Source: Octopus sinensis
Taxonomy: Eukaryota
Assembly (NCBI RefSeq): GCF_006345805.1
Contig: NC_043018.1
Coordinates: 23,808,001-23,872,000 of the forward strand
Direction: 5' to 3'
DNA length: 64,000 nt
A model generated the notes under the pieces. The model searched no databases. It was given only the letters and a program-made list of their open reading frames with translations, and was not told the DNA's origin. Shown piece after piece: positions 27,161 through 40,549 of the stretch. The position numbers were made by a program, and so were the translations under genes. Within the stretch, counting starts at the first letter, position 1. The number at the start of each line of letters is the position of its first letter.

Positions 27161-27417
27161 TCCATACAGTTCATTTTGAACTCATGATTACCTGTGTATA
27201 CATTTGTAAATGTGTGTGTGTATATGGGTGGTGTCCTATAACTGTCTGTCTCTCTACTTTGTAGGGTCTTCCAGGTGTAGAAATATTGCCAGGTCTGATC
27301 GGAGCCTGTGTGGCCTCCTGGCTTGCCAGTCCCCAGTTAAACCATCCAGTCCATGCCAGCATGGAAAACAGACATTAAACGATGATGATGATGATATATA
27401 TACACATACATACATAC

Positions 27418-27728
27418 ATCATGGCTCGGCTTCGCGAACGAAGATCAGGAAGGCTGTCCACGTCACATGCATGTACACTCATGACTGACAAGTCTGATAT
27501 GGGAAAGGCAGGTCCGTGAGCAGTGTCCACAGATGAAGGTAACATCCAGCTCGTGCCTTCCTCCTGCATCTCTTCTTTATTTCTCAAACTTGCTGACTGC
27601 GTTGAAGATCGTGTGGCGCCAGACATCACGGTCCGCAGCCAGGTCTGACCAGCATTGCTGTTAGAGACTTCTTGAGGCAGTCTTTGTAGCGCTTCCTCGG
27701 AGCTCCTCACACTCGGTGGTGAGTTCTA
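27418..27728 (-). mobile_element. RTE-type LINE 3' end (third subfamily)
   Basis: GAPRKRYKDCLKKSL...DRDVWRHTIF; ends GATCTTCGTTCGCGAAGCCGAGCCATG. Confidence 0.7.
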
Positions 27729-28174
27729 AATACATACATACATAGTCATCATCACCATTTAATGTCCACTTTCCATGCTGGTATAGGTTAGACAGTTTGA
27801 CTGGAATGGATAAGCCAGAGAGCTGCATCAGGTTCCAGTCCGATTGGCATGGTTTCTAAGGCTTGATGCCCTTCCTAACGCCAACCACTCCACAGAGTGG
27901 AATGAGTACTTTTTACCTGCTGAGGTGGGGGAGAAATAATGTCTGCTTGCCTTCATATCACATGGTAGTTGCAAATGATTGCCACTGTCATGCAAGTGGT
28001 GTCAGCATGTCTGGTGATAGGAGAATTATTACCTTACTGGGAAACGGGCGAGGATTGGTCACAGGAAAGGGTATCTGGCCACATAAAATCCACCTCAACA
28101 AAATTCCATGCAACCCATGCAAGAGTGGAAAAATGGAAGCTGAAACAATGATGATATTTCAATGTAGGAATCGA

Positions 28175-28520
28175 TAGGGCCAATATTTTTCAAGAAGACG
28201 GAGCCCCTGGCCTTGCCAGCAAAGTGTCACAAGCATGGAAAAGAACTCACAAAATTAAATTTCTGAAATAGGTTGATCAAAGCCCTGATCTCCTATCTCC
28301 TGATTCTCCTATCACCAGACATCCAATAAGAACACATAGACAAACCTCTTGATAGAAGGTTGCAAGGTACTGAAAAATTACAAAAATGATAGTGCTGAAA
28401 GAAGTATTGACCAACAAGTGGATAAATACGGATTATTTTGACATTGATAATTTAATAAAATCCATGTTATTAGCTAAAGGAAAGGTTACAAAATTTTTTT
28501 ATTACAAGTTGTATTTTATT
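28175..28520 (+). mobile_element. Tc1-like transposase remnant
   Basis: IFQEDGAPG...W...DQSPDL resembles the Tc1 FQQDNAP..QSPDLNPIE motifs; contains stops. Confidence 0.55.
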
Positions 28521-28995
28521 ATTCTAGCAATAAAATCATTGCAGGCCACAGAATAATATACATAAACATACACACACAGATATATATATATGCACACACA
28601 CACACACAATCATCATCATCATTTAATGTCTGTTTTCCATGCCGGCATGGATTGGATGGTTTGACTGAAAACTGGTAAGCCAGGGAGCTGCACCAAGTTC
28701 CAATCTAATTTAGCATGATTTCTACAGTTGGATGCCCTTCCTAATACCAACCACTCCAAGAGTGTAGTGGGTGCTTTTTATGTGCCACCAACACAGGTGC
28801 CAATTATATGACACCGGCACCTTCCTTGAGGCAAAATCTTGTACAGCTGAACGCCTTTCCTATCACCAACCCTCACCTGTTTCCAAACAAAGACAATAAT
28901 ATTTTCCTGTGTTTTTACAGAAGATAGAAAATAAAGGACACCACTTACATGTTAATGACGTTTACAACTATCATGCAAGGCGACACAAGCACACA

Positions 28996-29045
<50 letters not shown>

Positions 29046-30287
29046 TATAGAAAGGCTTCATCAGGCCCACTGCCAGATTTGACTGGGCCTGATGAAGCCT
29101 TTCTGGCTTCACAGACCCCAGTAGAACCGTCCAACCCATGCTAGCATGGAAAACGGACGCTAAACGATGATGATGATGATGATATACATATATATACACA
29201 CACACACACGACAGGCTTCTTTCAGTTTCCATCTACCGAATCCATTCACAAGGCTTTGGTTGACCTAGGACTATAGTGAAAGATACTTGCCCAAGGTGCC
29301 ACACAGTGGGACTGAACCTGAAACCACAATGTCACACCAGCATATGTTCACGCTTTCTCGATCACTTTCTTTCTCTCTCTCTCTGGCCGGGTACCCCTGT
29401 ACCTCCTCTACAATGAGACACCCATTTCCATCTCTGTTACTCTCAACCTTTCACCATCTGGCACAAGATCACCTCCACCAATTCCCCCTCCTCTTTCAAA
29501 GGATCTGGCAAGTTATTTGAAGACCCTGCCAGTGTTGGTGCCATATAAAAAGAACCCACCTGTGCTCATGCCATGTAAAAAGCACTCTGTCCACTCTGCT
29601 GGGTGGTTGATGTTAGGAAGAGCATCCAGCTGTAAAAACCATGCCAAAACAGACACAGAAGTCTGGTGAGCTCTTCTGTCTGGCCAGCTCCTGTAATATT
29701 GTCCAACTCATGCCAACATGGAAGGCAGACATTAAACGATGATGATATAATTATATATATATGTACAGTATATGGATTTATAATCAAGGTGTAACCCCAT
29801 ACTAGTGCAGACATATAAAATAATTTATTATACACTAAAATAAATTATTTTTGCTGGATGTTAGCTGCAAAAAGGCCATTATCCTCTCTCTCTCTCTGTA
29901 TGTGTATATATATATATATATCATCTGGTGAAATAAATATATTCATTTCATACTCCTGCCTTTATATATACACACACATATACACATAAATACATACAAA
30001 CACATATACACACACATGTATATACACATATACACACACATATATATATATACACACAGATATATATAGAAACACATATACATCATAATCGTTTAATGTC
30101 CGATTTCCATGCTAGCATGGGTTGGACGCTTCGACCAGGGTCTGGGAAGCCAGGAGGCTGCGCCAGGCTCCAGTCTGACCTGGCAGTGTTTCTACATAGA
30201 CAAATATATACATATATATACATACAGACACATATATACATACATAGACACATACATACATAGACACATATATACACACACATACAT

Positions 30288-30603
30288 TATAACTGTTAAA
30301 GAGGACAACAAACGTTAAGGCAAGACAAACATTTCAAGACGTATACATTATTACTATTGGAAAAATTCCAAGTCTTACAGCTGTTTCCAGGATATCCTGG
30401 TGTATGGGAATTTCTCCAGTCACCAGAGACAATTAGGGGAAATACCTTCTCATTTACCCAATTTGTCTCTGATGAAAGAATATCCCATACTCTGGGATAT
30501 CCCAGAAAAAGCTGTAAGAGTGAATTTTTCCAGTAATAATAATATATATGACTTGAAATATTTGTCTTGCCTTAACATTTGTCGTGCTCTTTAACAATTA
30601 TAT
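30288..30603. repeat. Imperfect inverted repeat (~150-bp arms), each arm with a hammerhead-like motif
   Basis: Arms are mutual reverse complements from TATAACTGTTAAAGAG to CTCTTTAACAATTATA. Confidence 0.85.
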
Positions 30604-30792
30604 ATCCGCTATATCAGAAATCTGCAATGGGTCCATAACTACCATCTTGGCTATAAACCTTGGAGTCCTGGTAATCCATTACAGCACTTACCTAGCGTAC
30701 CTAGTCATTTAGATCACCAGTGAACTAAACCCCCATACTTTGTATGTATGTATATATGTATGTATGTATGTGCATATATATATATATATATA

Positions 30793-31110
30793 GCGAGGCT
30801 CACCAATGGAGAAGTTCTTAAGCAGATAAGGTCGAAAATGTCGCTAGAAGCTAGGATCACCAAGCATAGATTGGCATGTTTCGGTCATATTACGCGGAGA
30901 AAATCCCTGGAGAAGGACATCATGCTCGGAATGGTCAGTGGCAAGAGAGGAAGAGGCCGACCAAGAACCCGCTGGCTTGACACCATCAAGAGTGATACCG
31001 GAATGGACATAGCCAGTCTGAAAGAAGCGGCCCAGGATAGAACTGACTGGAGGACACTGATCCAATGAGTGACCGAGAGTCGACTTTGACTGAGCGGTTA
31101 GAAGAAGAAG
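30793..31110 (+). mobile_element. RTE/BovB-type LINE 3' end
   Basis: HRLACFGHITRRKSLEKDIMLGMVSGKRGRGRPRTRWLD...DRTDWR, then a GTGACCGAGAGTCGAC..GACTGAGCG tail; flanked by (TA)n. Confidence 0.85.
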
Positions 31111-32169
31111 ATATATATATATCATCGTTTAACGTCTGTTTTCCGTGCTAGACATATATAGACACACACATATACATATATATATACACACACACACACA
31201 CAGATATATATCCTAGTTCAACTGACAATATATTACTGCATTAATAAAGTAGGAGACTCAACAACATCCTTATCAATTTACAATTTTTTTTCCCAAGCTT
31301 GCAATAGTACAAAGTTGTCAAAGCTTCACACTTCCTTATCATGTAACACAAACAACAGGGGGGGGGGGAATCCCGGTTAGAGGAGGAAAAGTACATCAAA
31401 TTAGTTTCTATTTTATTTTTTAAAATTTGTGCCAATAACAACAGTTTCTATACTCACAAGGAACCATTTCACTTTAATTATACTATAATCATTTTGGGGA
31501 GAGGCACACAAATCACAACTTCCTATTTTCCTTGTTACTATGAATCCATGTCCTCCAAGACTTCGTGCTCAACATCCCTAACATGAGAGTTAAATCAATT
31601 ACTGATCTGAACAAAAGAGAGAGAGAACTTCTATGTAGCCGTTCAATTGGCTGGAAATAACAGCTAATTTCCTTAAATAAAGAGACACATTAACTACTAA
31701 CGCACACATGTACCTAAAAAGATATGATAGGCATGGAATGCTTCTCATCATAGGCTCATGGATCAGAGTTTGACCTGGGGTTAAACAACAACGTATTAAT
31801 GAACCCTATACATATGGGCTCCCTTAAATCTTTATGTTGTCACTTGACCTCCTAGAAATAGCAGCTTGCTCAAGTCAGAACCTAATAGTTCATAGACCAG
31901 GGAAGGAGATATTGAATAATGCAGTTCTACAATGATGGAATAGCTGCAATACCTTTAAATATAAGGCTGATCAATCAGCACTGACCTATGGCTAATCAAC
32001 AACTTAATAAACCTACATCTCTGCCACTCCAACTCTGCATGCCATATTCACACTATTTCCCAAAATTGTATCCTCTAGGAATTCCCCAGCTTTACAATTG
32101 GGTTTTTCTGTCCAGTACTTCAGACTGAATGTTAGTTAAACCTACAATGAAATCCTTATACAATTTCCT

Positions 32170-32540
32170 GTTAGCACTTAGTCAAAACTGTTCATAACTT
32201 TGGTAAAGACAGTTTTAATGTATAGCTCTGAAACCCAGAAAATGGCAAAAGGAGAAAACAAAAAGCAAGATGTGTTCCTGACCAGATGTCTGAAGCAGAC
32301 ACTTAAAACACAGTAGCAAAACCAAATAAAGGACAACTCCACATTCCTTAAGAGGACTAGAATGGAAAGCATGGGCAGTGAAGTACAAAGCAGGAGGCAG
32401 AAGTACACTGGACACATCCTGAGAAAAGATACCAATGATAACTGTAGGACACGGACCCCTGAACAAAGTAGGAATCTTAGAAAACCCAAGAATGCCTGGA
32501 GAAGAACTGTTGGAAAAGAGAAGCAGGCTGGTGTATGGGA
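32170..32540 (+). mobile_element. Decayed RTE ORF 3' fragment
   Basis: RRQKYTGHILRK...RKPKNAWRRTVGKE. A similar RTE remnant lies at ~24370-24590. Confidence 0.6.
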
Positions 32541-33208
32541 GAAATAAAACCAGGTGTGAACCACAAATATAAAGTTGGAACAAATATTGCAAGGTATCCT
32601 ATTTGATGCTGCCGGTTTTACCAGGCCTGGTACATACATCTTTATTGATCCAGAAGGATGAAAAGTTAATATGGTGAGATATGAAATCTGAACACAATCT
32701 AGAATAAATGCTGCAAGGCATTTCATCCAAACACCATAAGTTTCCGTCATTGCTGCGATAGCACGGCTTGTATGGTTAAATGACACCAAGAACCATACAA
32801 GTGGAATGCAAGCTCCTGGTAGAACCTCCCATGATAGACAGATCAAAGGACAGAGACAAAAATGATATGGACCACCTCTTTCCAGAAGTAAAAATGGGTT
32901 TGTGTTGTATCAACAGCCCCATCTGGAAAAAAGCACGAAGTTACAGAAGCATCAATGACAATTCAAAACCAAGGAAATGTGACGAAAGCCGTCCCCTGGG
33001 GGAAACCTACAATATCTTATATATAGACATAGTACATCAAGGATTATCGTTACAATGAGGCTTTCCTATTTCAAGATGACAGGTTACATGAGGGAGATTA
33101 GGATGCTATTTCTAGAAGGTCTAGCAATAGGGTAGAAGATCCCTTATTTGCTAGATGTAAAAAGGCTGTAAATAAGGGTGCATATACTTTATTAAACCTA
33201 AATAAGAG

Positions 33209-33334
33209 ATTATTTATATTCGATGGATATTTGTCCTCATCTTGTTTGTTGTTAGCACAACGCTTCGGCTGATATACCCTCCAGGTATTTCAGCCAAAAC
33301 GGATGAGGACAAATATCCATCGAATATAAATAAT
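33209..33334. repeat. Perfect 33-bp inverted repeat with 60-nt spacer
   Basis: ATTATTTATATTCGATGGATATTTGTCCTCATC and its exact reverse complement. Confidence 0.9.
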
Positions 33335-34489
33335 GTACATAATTCCTCATCTCTTAAATATAGAACTGTACTAAATAAGAGAGTAGTTCGTGGAACCTTC
33401 ACCAGCCATAAGATTCAAAAGGTTTGTTTATTGTTTAGCTCTCGACCAAAGTTAGCCCAGCAGAACTATAACGAAAGGCATTCCCAGTTATTACTCTCCC
33501 ATATTTTTATCCATTTTTGTCCCCTTGTAATTTGAGGTAATGCTATTCTGAGCAACTGTATAGTGACTTTTTGTAGGAAGATTCAGTTAATATTCAGTTT
33601 GAAGTAGAGGAGGAAAGGAAAAACCCGGCTGCTGAGTTGGGGGAAATTCCGAAAGACATAATTTTATGAAATGATCCAATGACTCAAAAGTAAAAAGTTT
33701 ACATAGTGAAATAAGGCAGAATGTCATGAGGAAGTGAGGTAGGGGAGAAACATGGCATTTTGATAAGAATTTCCTTGGATGGTTATCATTTAACACCAGG
33801 TCAGTTTTGAATGAGCAGGCCTATCATTAAAAGTGTTCCAGCCATGACCATGTCATTTTTTTCCAAGACAGCACATCTAGGATTTTAATGTATCCTTGCT
33901 TTAAAATACTATGGTGATATATGGGAGATTTAGCTACTATTTTTAACATGTTGAATAACTACCTAGAAGGTCCCTCGTTAATAACTTTGGTTAATGGGCA
34001 ATCGGAGAAGCTAACTCTGGCCACATTCTTTGTTTCAAATTGCTGATTCCAGTCCAAATGCATGAAGTGACGCCTTGGCTGAAAACTGGCAGACAGCCAT
34101 TTGCTTAAAGTCGTCATCCTCATCACCGTTTTTATATTTCTTTTTCCATGTTTGCATGGTTTGGACAAATTCTCTCCAACCCAGCATCCTAACAATTGTT
34201 GGATTTGTTTGTTATCTCCTCTGTGAGGTCCATCTACCAGAGATCAGCCTTCACTCCATCTACCCAAGCCTTCCTTGCTCTTCCTCTTCTACTGGTTCCT
34301 ATGATGTGAAACTCCTAGCACTTCTTCACCAAAATGTTGTCATTTATACATATTACAAGTCCATACCAACAAAGCCATTTCTCTTATTACTTAAGAAGAC
34401 AGATATGAGTGTGTGTATAAAGTTTAGGTTAGTTAAAATATGTTTGTGACATATTTAAACTGCTAAAAAGCAAATTTCATTACAGTTAC

Positions 34490-35064
34490 ATCATCATCAT
34501 CATCATCGTTTAGCGTCCGTTTTCCATGTTAGCATGGGTTGGACGGTTCTACTGGGGTCTGTGAAGCCAGAAGGCTTCATCAGGCCCAGTCAAATCTGGC
34601 AGTGTTTCTACGGCTGGATGCCCTTCCTAATGCCAACCACTCCGTGAGTGTAGTGGGTGCTTTTTACGTGCCACCCGCACAGGTACCAGACAGAGCTGGC
34701 AAACGGCCACGAACGGATGGTGCTTTTTATGTGCCACCGGCACGAGGGCCAGGCGAGGCTGGCAACGGACAGGAACGGATGGTGCTTTTTCGAAATCGAT
34801 CAATGGAAATTGCAGATGTGTTACCAGTGCCGGTGGCATGTCGAAACTCTACTTGTGAAGACCTGTTGAGGCAAGTGAGGATCAGAATCGAAATCGATCA
34901 ATGGAAATTGCAGATGTGTTACCAGTGCCGGTGGCATGTAAGAGAACCTTCCGTTTCGCGACCGTTGCCAGTGCCGCCCCAACTGGCCTCGTGCCGATGG
35001 CACGTAAAAAGCACCATCCGTTCCTGTCCGTTGCCAGCCTCACCTGGCCCTCGTGCCGGTGGCA
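34490..35064. mobile_element. RTE 3'-UTR insertion with 5' inversion
   Basis: Minus-oriented 3' end at 34490-34790 joined to a plus-oriented upstream part at 34791-35064. Confidence 0.8.
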
Positions 35065-37589
35065 GAGAAAATTTCCTCTGATGGTAAAAAGGTGTAACAG
35101 CAGAAAGCAAATTTTTGCAGGTTCCAGTTACAGTGATGAAAACAACATACAGTTAATAACATTGAAACTTATGTTACGGTACTTGCAAGACACTAAATTT
35201 CAGGATGGAACATCTGATGAACATCAAGAGGAAAGCATCAAATTCATTTAGTTTCAGTATCTCCTCTGGTTACATACAACAAACACTCTTTGAGGACTTT
35301 ATTGAGTTTGGAACAGGTAGTCTCATTCAGTCTCATTCACTGGCAGTTGTTCAAAGAAATGAAGAGGTTTTCCAATCTCGAATCGCATGAAAACTGGAGT
35401 CCAACTCCTCCGGCAATGAACACATCACTAACGTCAACCTATAAATGAAGAAGCTTTTTCTGTACTGATCCCAACAATAATTGCTCTACTTGTCCAATGA
35501 AGAAGCAAACTTGATTCAACTCCAAAATGACTACACATTTTTCTTAAGCAAGAACAGGGAGAAGTGTGTGGTTAAGTAAGACGTGTACTTCACAATCATG
35601 TGGTTTCAAGTTTAGTCCCACTGCACAGTAGCTCAGCCAAGTGTCTTCTATGGCTCTGGGCTGACAGTCAATTTGAAGAATGGAAATTGTATAAAGTCCA
35701 CCATACATATAGGTGAAGACATTGTTACGTAGTTAAGCAATTTGCTTCCCAACTACATGGTTCCAGGTTCAGGCCTACAGTATGGCATCGTGAGCAAGTG
35801 TCTTCTATAGCCTCAGATTGGATCAAAATCTTGTGAGTGGATTTGGTAGATGGAAACTGCATGAAAGGGAGTGATTTTACTTACATACAGGCTCGTCTTT
35901 TGAGGTGCCAGTGTCATATATATATGAAAACACATGATGGGTTTCTTTCAGTTTCTGTCTACCAAATCCATTCACAAGGTTTTGGTTAGCCTAGAGCTAG
36001 CTATAGAAGACACCTGCCCAAGGTGCTACACAGTGGGACTGAACCCTAAGCCATGTGGTTGGGAAGCAAATTTCTTACCACACAGCTACACCTGCATAAC
36101 CAAAATATTAGAAACTGTAGTCAATCAATGTAATTCTGCCAGTTTCATAGATGAGGTTGCAACCAAGCATCTATCATTCCCAAAATTTTGGCCTAGCAAC
36201 TTAATTTTTAACCAACTGGTTCTTCATTTTTCTGTATTTCACATATCTCCTTAATTTGCATGAAGAGGTACATTTAAATGTTTCACTTAACTCGTGTTCG
36301 GTAATCCTGGGCCATGATTTCTTAAAATGGATATTTGCACTCATGTCAGTGTTCACTGGGAACAAACTGGATCAGCAGCAGTATCATGAAATGAAGCCAA
36401 CTAAACTCAGCAATCCCAGATATCTAAAGTGGAGTTTGTCCACCAGTTACCATGCCAACAGCCGACGTCATATCTGTAGGCAGGAGTGAGTGTATAGATA
36501 AGAAGTTTGCTTTCCAACCATGTGATTTTAGGGCAAGCCTCAGCAGCCTCAGGCCAATTAAAGCCTTGTGAGTGGATCTGGTTGACAGGATCTGAAAAAT
36601 CCCATCTTGTGCATGTGTGCGTGAGCCTTTATCTTGACATCATGTGATGGATGTAAACACACATCAATGTCCTGCAAGTGATGTTCATTTCCAGTCTTCC
36701 ATCAAAAACATGTCTGGATATGGGGAAAAGGATTGTCGACAGGAAGCAAATCCAGCTGGAAAAACATCTGCCTCAACAAATTTCTTCTGAGCCATGCAAG
36801 CATGGAAAAGCATATGTTAAATTATGATGAGAATTGTACTAAACCATGTTTTCAACTGTCCACTGCCATCCCAGATGGTACTCTGGTATAACTGCATCAG
36901 ATATGAATTCACACCACGGATGATGGACTGCATGACCAAAGCAACACTTATACTTAAACTCAAATCATTAAAAAAAAAAAATCTGTTTCTTGACTTCTAC
37001 CTATGCTGGTGGACCCCACCCCTTGTCTTTCTCACATCTATACAATTACTTGAAACCAACTGTTACCTAAATGCTATTGGTTTTTCTTCGCTTATCCTTC
37101 TGTCATAGAAAAACATTAGGACACTAAGACAATAAAATATGATTAAAGGGAGATCTGACCGTTTTATTGTTGTAGTGAAATGGTACACCCCTTCCCACAT
37201 GGCAATATAAAGTCAGACAGTCAGTAGTTGTAGATTCATTGTACAAGTTTATCAGTTGAAGTCAGTGTCAGTTATGTGATTTATACAAGTTCGACTGACT
37301 GTCAAGGTAAATGTTTCAAAGTCATTGTCTTGCGGTGATAGCACGATAGCTGAGTCAAAGATTGTGGCAGAATACTGCCACAATATAATAGTGTCAACAA
37401 GAATATTACAGTGCCGAGGACAATATAAAAGTGGACGAGGATCCACATTATAACATTTATCAAGGCAATTTGAGAGAGAATTGAATTCAAATTTACTTAT
37501 TGGTACTCATTTTATCAAATCACTAGATAGTTAAAACAAAAAGGCAAACTAATAATAATGATGATGATGGTGATGATGATGAACATAAA

Positions 37590-37930
37590 AAAGAGTCAAG
37601 ACCACCTTTGGTCATGAATGACCATGGGATTGCATCTAGAAAGTTACCCTCTGAAGCACAAGTCCACACAAGATTGTTTGTGGAAGACCAACAGTCACCC
37701 ATGCATACCAACCTCTCCTCTCTTTGTCACTGATGTTATCCAAGGGAAAGGCAAAGGCCAATACAGCTTGGAACCAGTGATATCGCAACTCATTTCTTCA
37801 GCTGAGTGAACTAGAGCAATGTGAAATACAGTGTCTTGCTTGTGACCACAACACACAGCCCGATCCAAGAATCAAACTCACTATCTCGTGATTGTGAACC
37901 CAACATTCTAACCATTGAGCCATGTACCTC
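37590..37930 (-). mobile_element. SINE family D
   Basis: tRNA-like head, GAGCAAGACACT..TTTCACATTGCTC core and distinct tail. Copies at 18710-19030(-) and 49350-49682(-). Confidence 0.75.
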
Positions 37931-37945
37931 ATGAAAAGATTAGCA

Positions 37946-38017
37946 TTCCCATGCCAGGAATCGAACCTGAGATGCCTGGGTGAAAGCCAGGAAACCTAAC
38001 CACTAGACCACATGGGA
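37946..38017 (-). tRNA. tRNA-Glu(TTC), gene or CpG-decayed pseudogene
   Basis: TCCCATGTGGTCTAGTGGTTAGGTTTCCTGGCTTTCACCCAGGCATCTCAGGTTCGATTCCTGGCATGGGAA. It has a 7-bp acceptor stem, CCTGG/CCAGG anticodon stem with a CTTTCAC loop, TTCGATT T-loop, no encoded CCA, and a TTTT terminator 8 nt downstream. Confidence 0.75.
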
Positions 38018-40549
38018 GTGATGAACATAAGCCAAATATAACAATAGTGGACAAGCAAAAGCAAATTTGCTTACTGATTGATCCACTATCTGAGTCCAGG
38101 ATAATGAAGAAAGTAATTTTTTTTTAAATACAACCCTTTGAAATGTGAAATACAAAATCTACTTATGATAATTTGTGCATTAAGGATTGTGAGTAACAAC
38201 AAAGACAAATGGTTAAAGGAGATTGGAATGTCCTGTAGAAGCTCTACAGAAGGTTTGTCTCTGAGGAACAGGGAAGATCATCAGAAAGGTTTTGTGCATT
38301 TGATGGCCTATTGAAATCATGTAACTATCTCAGGTTACCGGTAGTAACCCACTAACCGCATAAATTCTACAAAGAATAAGACCAATCCTGAATCAAACTG
38401 AGTAATAACAACGACAATGGTTTCAAATTTTACCACAAGGGTAGCAATTTTGGGAGAAGAGATGAGTTGATTACATCAACCCCAGTGTTCAAATGGTACT
38501 TATTTTATCAACCGCAAAAGGATGAAAGGTAAAGTCAAGCTTGGCAGAATTTGAACTCAGAACGCAGTGATGGGCGAAATACCGTTAAGCATTTCGTCCA
38601 GCATGCTAACAATTCTACCAGCACGCCACCTTAATGATAATGATAACAATAATGGATCCAAATACTGGCACAATGCTAACAAATTTTTTGGGGGTGGGGT
38701 TAGTCAGTTACAAGAAATCTGCACCAATGCTCAACTGGTACTTATTTTAACAACTTCAAAAAGGATGGAAGGCATAGTAGACCCCAGTAAAAAGTGAAAT
38801 CAGAATGTAAAGAGCCACAAGAAATGCCACTAAACAGTTTGTCCGAAAAGCTAACAATTCTGTCAGCTACCATACTAATAATTGCTTCTAATAGCGGCAT
38901 GGTGCTTCAAATTCGGAGGAAGGGGTTTGTTCATTCCTTGGACCCCAGTATTTAATTGGAATATATTTTATTGCACCCAAAAGGATGAAAGGCAAAACTG
39001 ACCACAGCAAAATTTCAATGTCCAACGTGCTAATGATCATGCCAGCCAGCTGCTTGATTGATAGTACTAATTCTTTCTGCTATATGTCACAAGACCTGAA
39101 ACTTTGGGGGACAGAGCTGAGCAAATAACATCAATACCAGCACTTGACTGGTAATTATTGACTCTGAAAGCATAAAATTCTTGGCAGAATTTGAACTCTG
39201 AACATAAAGAGCAGGAAGAATTGCCTCTAAGCATTTTTTCTGGTGCTTGAACAATTCCGTCAGCTCACCACCTAATAATAACAATAATTTTTTTATAGAG
39301 AAACACAATTTAGGGGAACGATATAGTCAGTTACATCGATTTCAAATTTTTGGCACAAAAACAGCAATTTCAGGAGGAAGGGCAGGTTAAGTCAATTACA
39401 TCGACTCCCAGTGTTTGGCTGGTACTTATTTTATCGACCCCGAAGGGATGAAAGGCAAAGTCGACCTCTGCAGAGTTTAAACTCAGAACGTAAGACAGAT
39501 GAAATGCCACTAAGCATTTTGGCTGGTATGCTAACAATTCTGCTAGCTCACTGCCCTGGTATAATCAGTTATATCAACCTCCATACATGATAGTTCAAAT
39601 TTCTAGAAACAAAAGACGAAGACAGGTGTAGGAGCAACAAGCAGGTGTATTAGTTTAACACTCGGGAAAAATAGAAAAGTCTTTTATGTTTCAAGCCTAT
39701 GCTCTTTGACAGAAAGGATCAAGAGGAAAAAAAAAAAGAAAAAATGTGCAGAATTCAACAGTCCATCATGGCGAGATGACTGCATGATAGATACTTATCT
39801 TAATCGACCCCAGGGAAAAGATGAAAGACAAACTCAATATGTAATAAACATAATAACAATAGTTTCTAATTTAGGTACAAGGTCAGTATTTTTTTTGAGA
39901 AAGGGTTAATCGATTACCTCAACCCCTTCCCCCTCACCGCACTTGTCTTGTAACTTTATCAGTCTTGGCAGTCTGAACTCAAATCCTGTTGAAGACAACA
40001 GGATCTGAAATCAGAGGGTTAAGAACTGAAACAAATACCATAAAGTACTTTGTTCGAAATTAACCTTTCTGTCCTGAACAATGATTTCTGACTTAGATAT
40101 AAAAGGCCATCAATTATGACGGGAAGGCGTCGCTCTATTACATCAATCCCACTACTTTGCAAGTAGTTAAAAGTAGTTTATTTTATCGACAGTGGAGGAA
40201 TGAAAGACGAAGTTATCCTCTCCTCGACAGAATTTAAATTCAGACAGTAAAAGCCAGGAAGAAATATAGCAAGGCATTTTAGCTGTTTGTTTTAATGATT
40301 TTAACAATCCACCCACCGTTCCTAATACGCCTTTTTTTTTTTCCTTTTCTTTCTCTCCCAATGAGTACAAAACCAGATATTTCAGGAGTGTGAGGGAACA
40401 GACTAAATCGATTCTGATACTTAATGGTACTCCTTTTACCGATCTTCGATTCCTGAAAAGCAAAATCGGACTGGTTTGAGATTTGAACTCGAAACATAAA
40501 GGTCCGTAACCAAATTACTGACGTTGATGAAAAAAAAAAAAAAACGTTC

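Noticed and set aside
32178-32846. 222-aa minus-strand ORF
   Set aside because: It is antisense to decayed RTE sequence and has no recognisable domain.
35070-35560. Coding-looking unique stretch (QDGTSDEHQEESIKFI) as a gene exon
   Set aside because: Stops occur in all frames examined. It may be a decayed hAT-like transposase, but I could not support a call. The CTGATGA at ~35213 has no pairing stem II.
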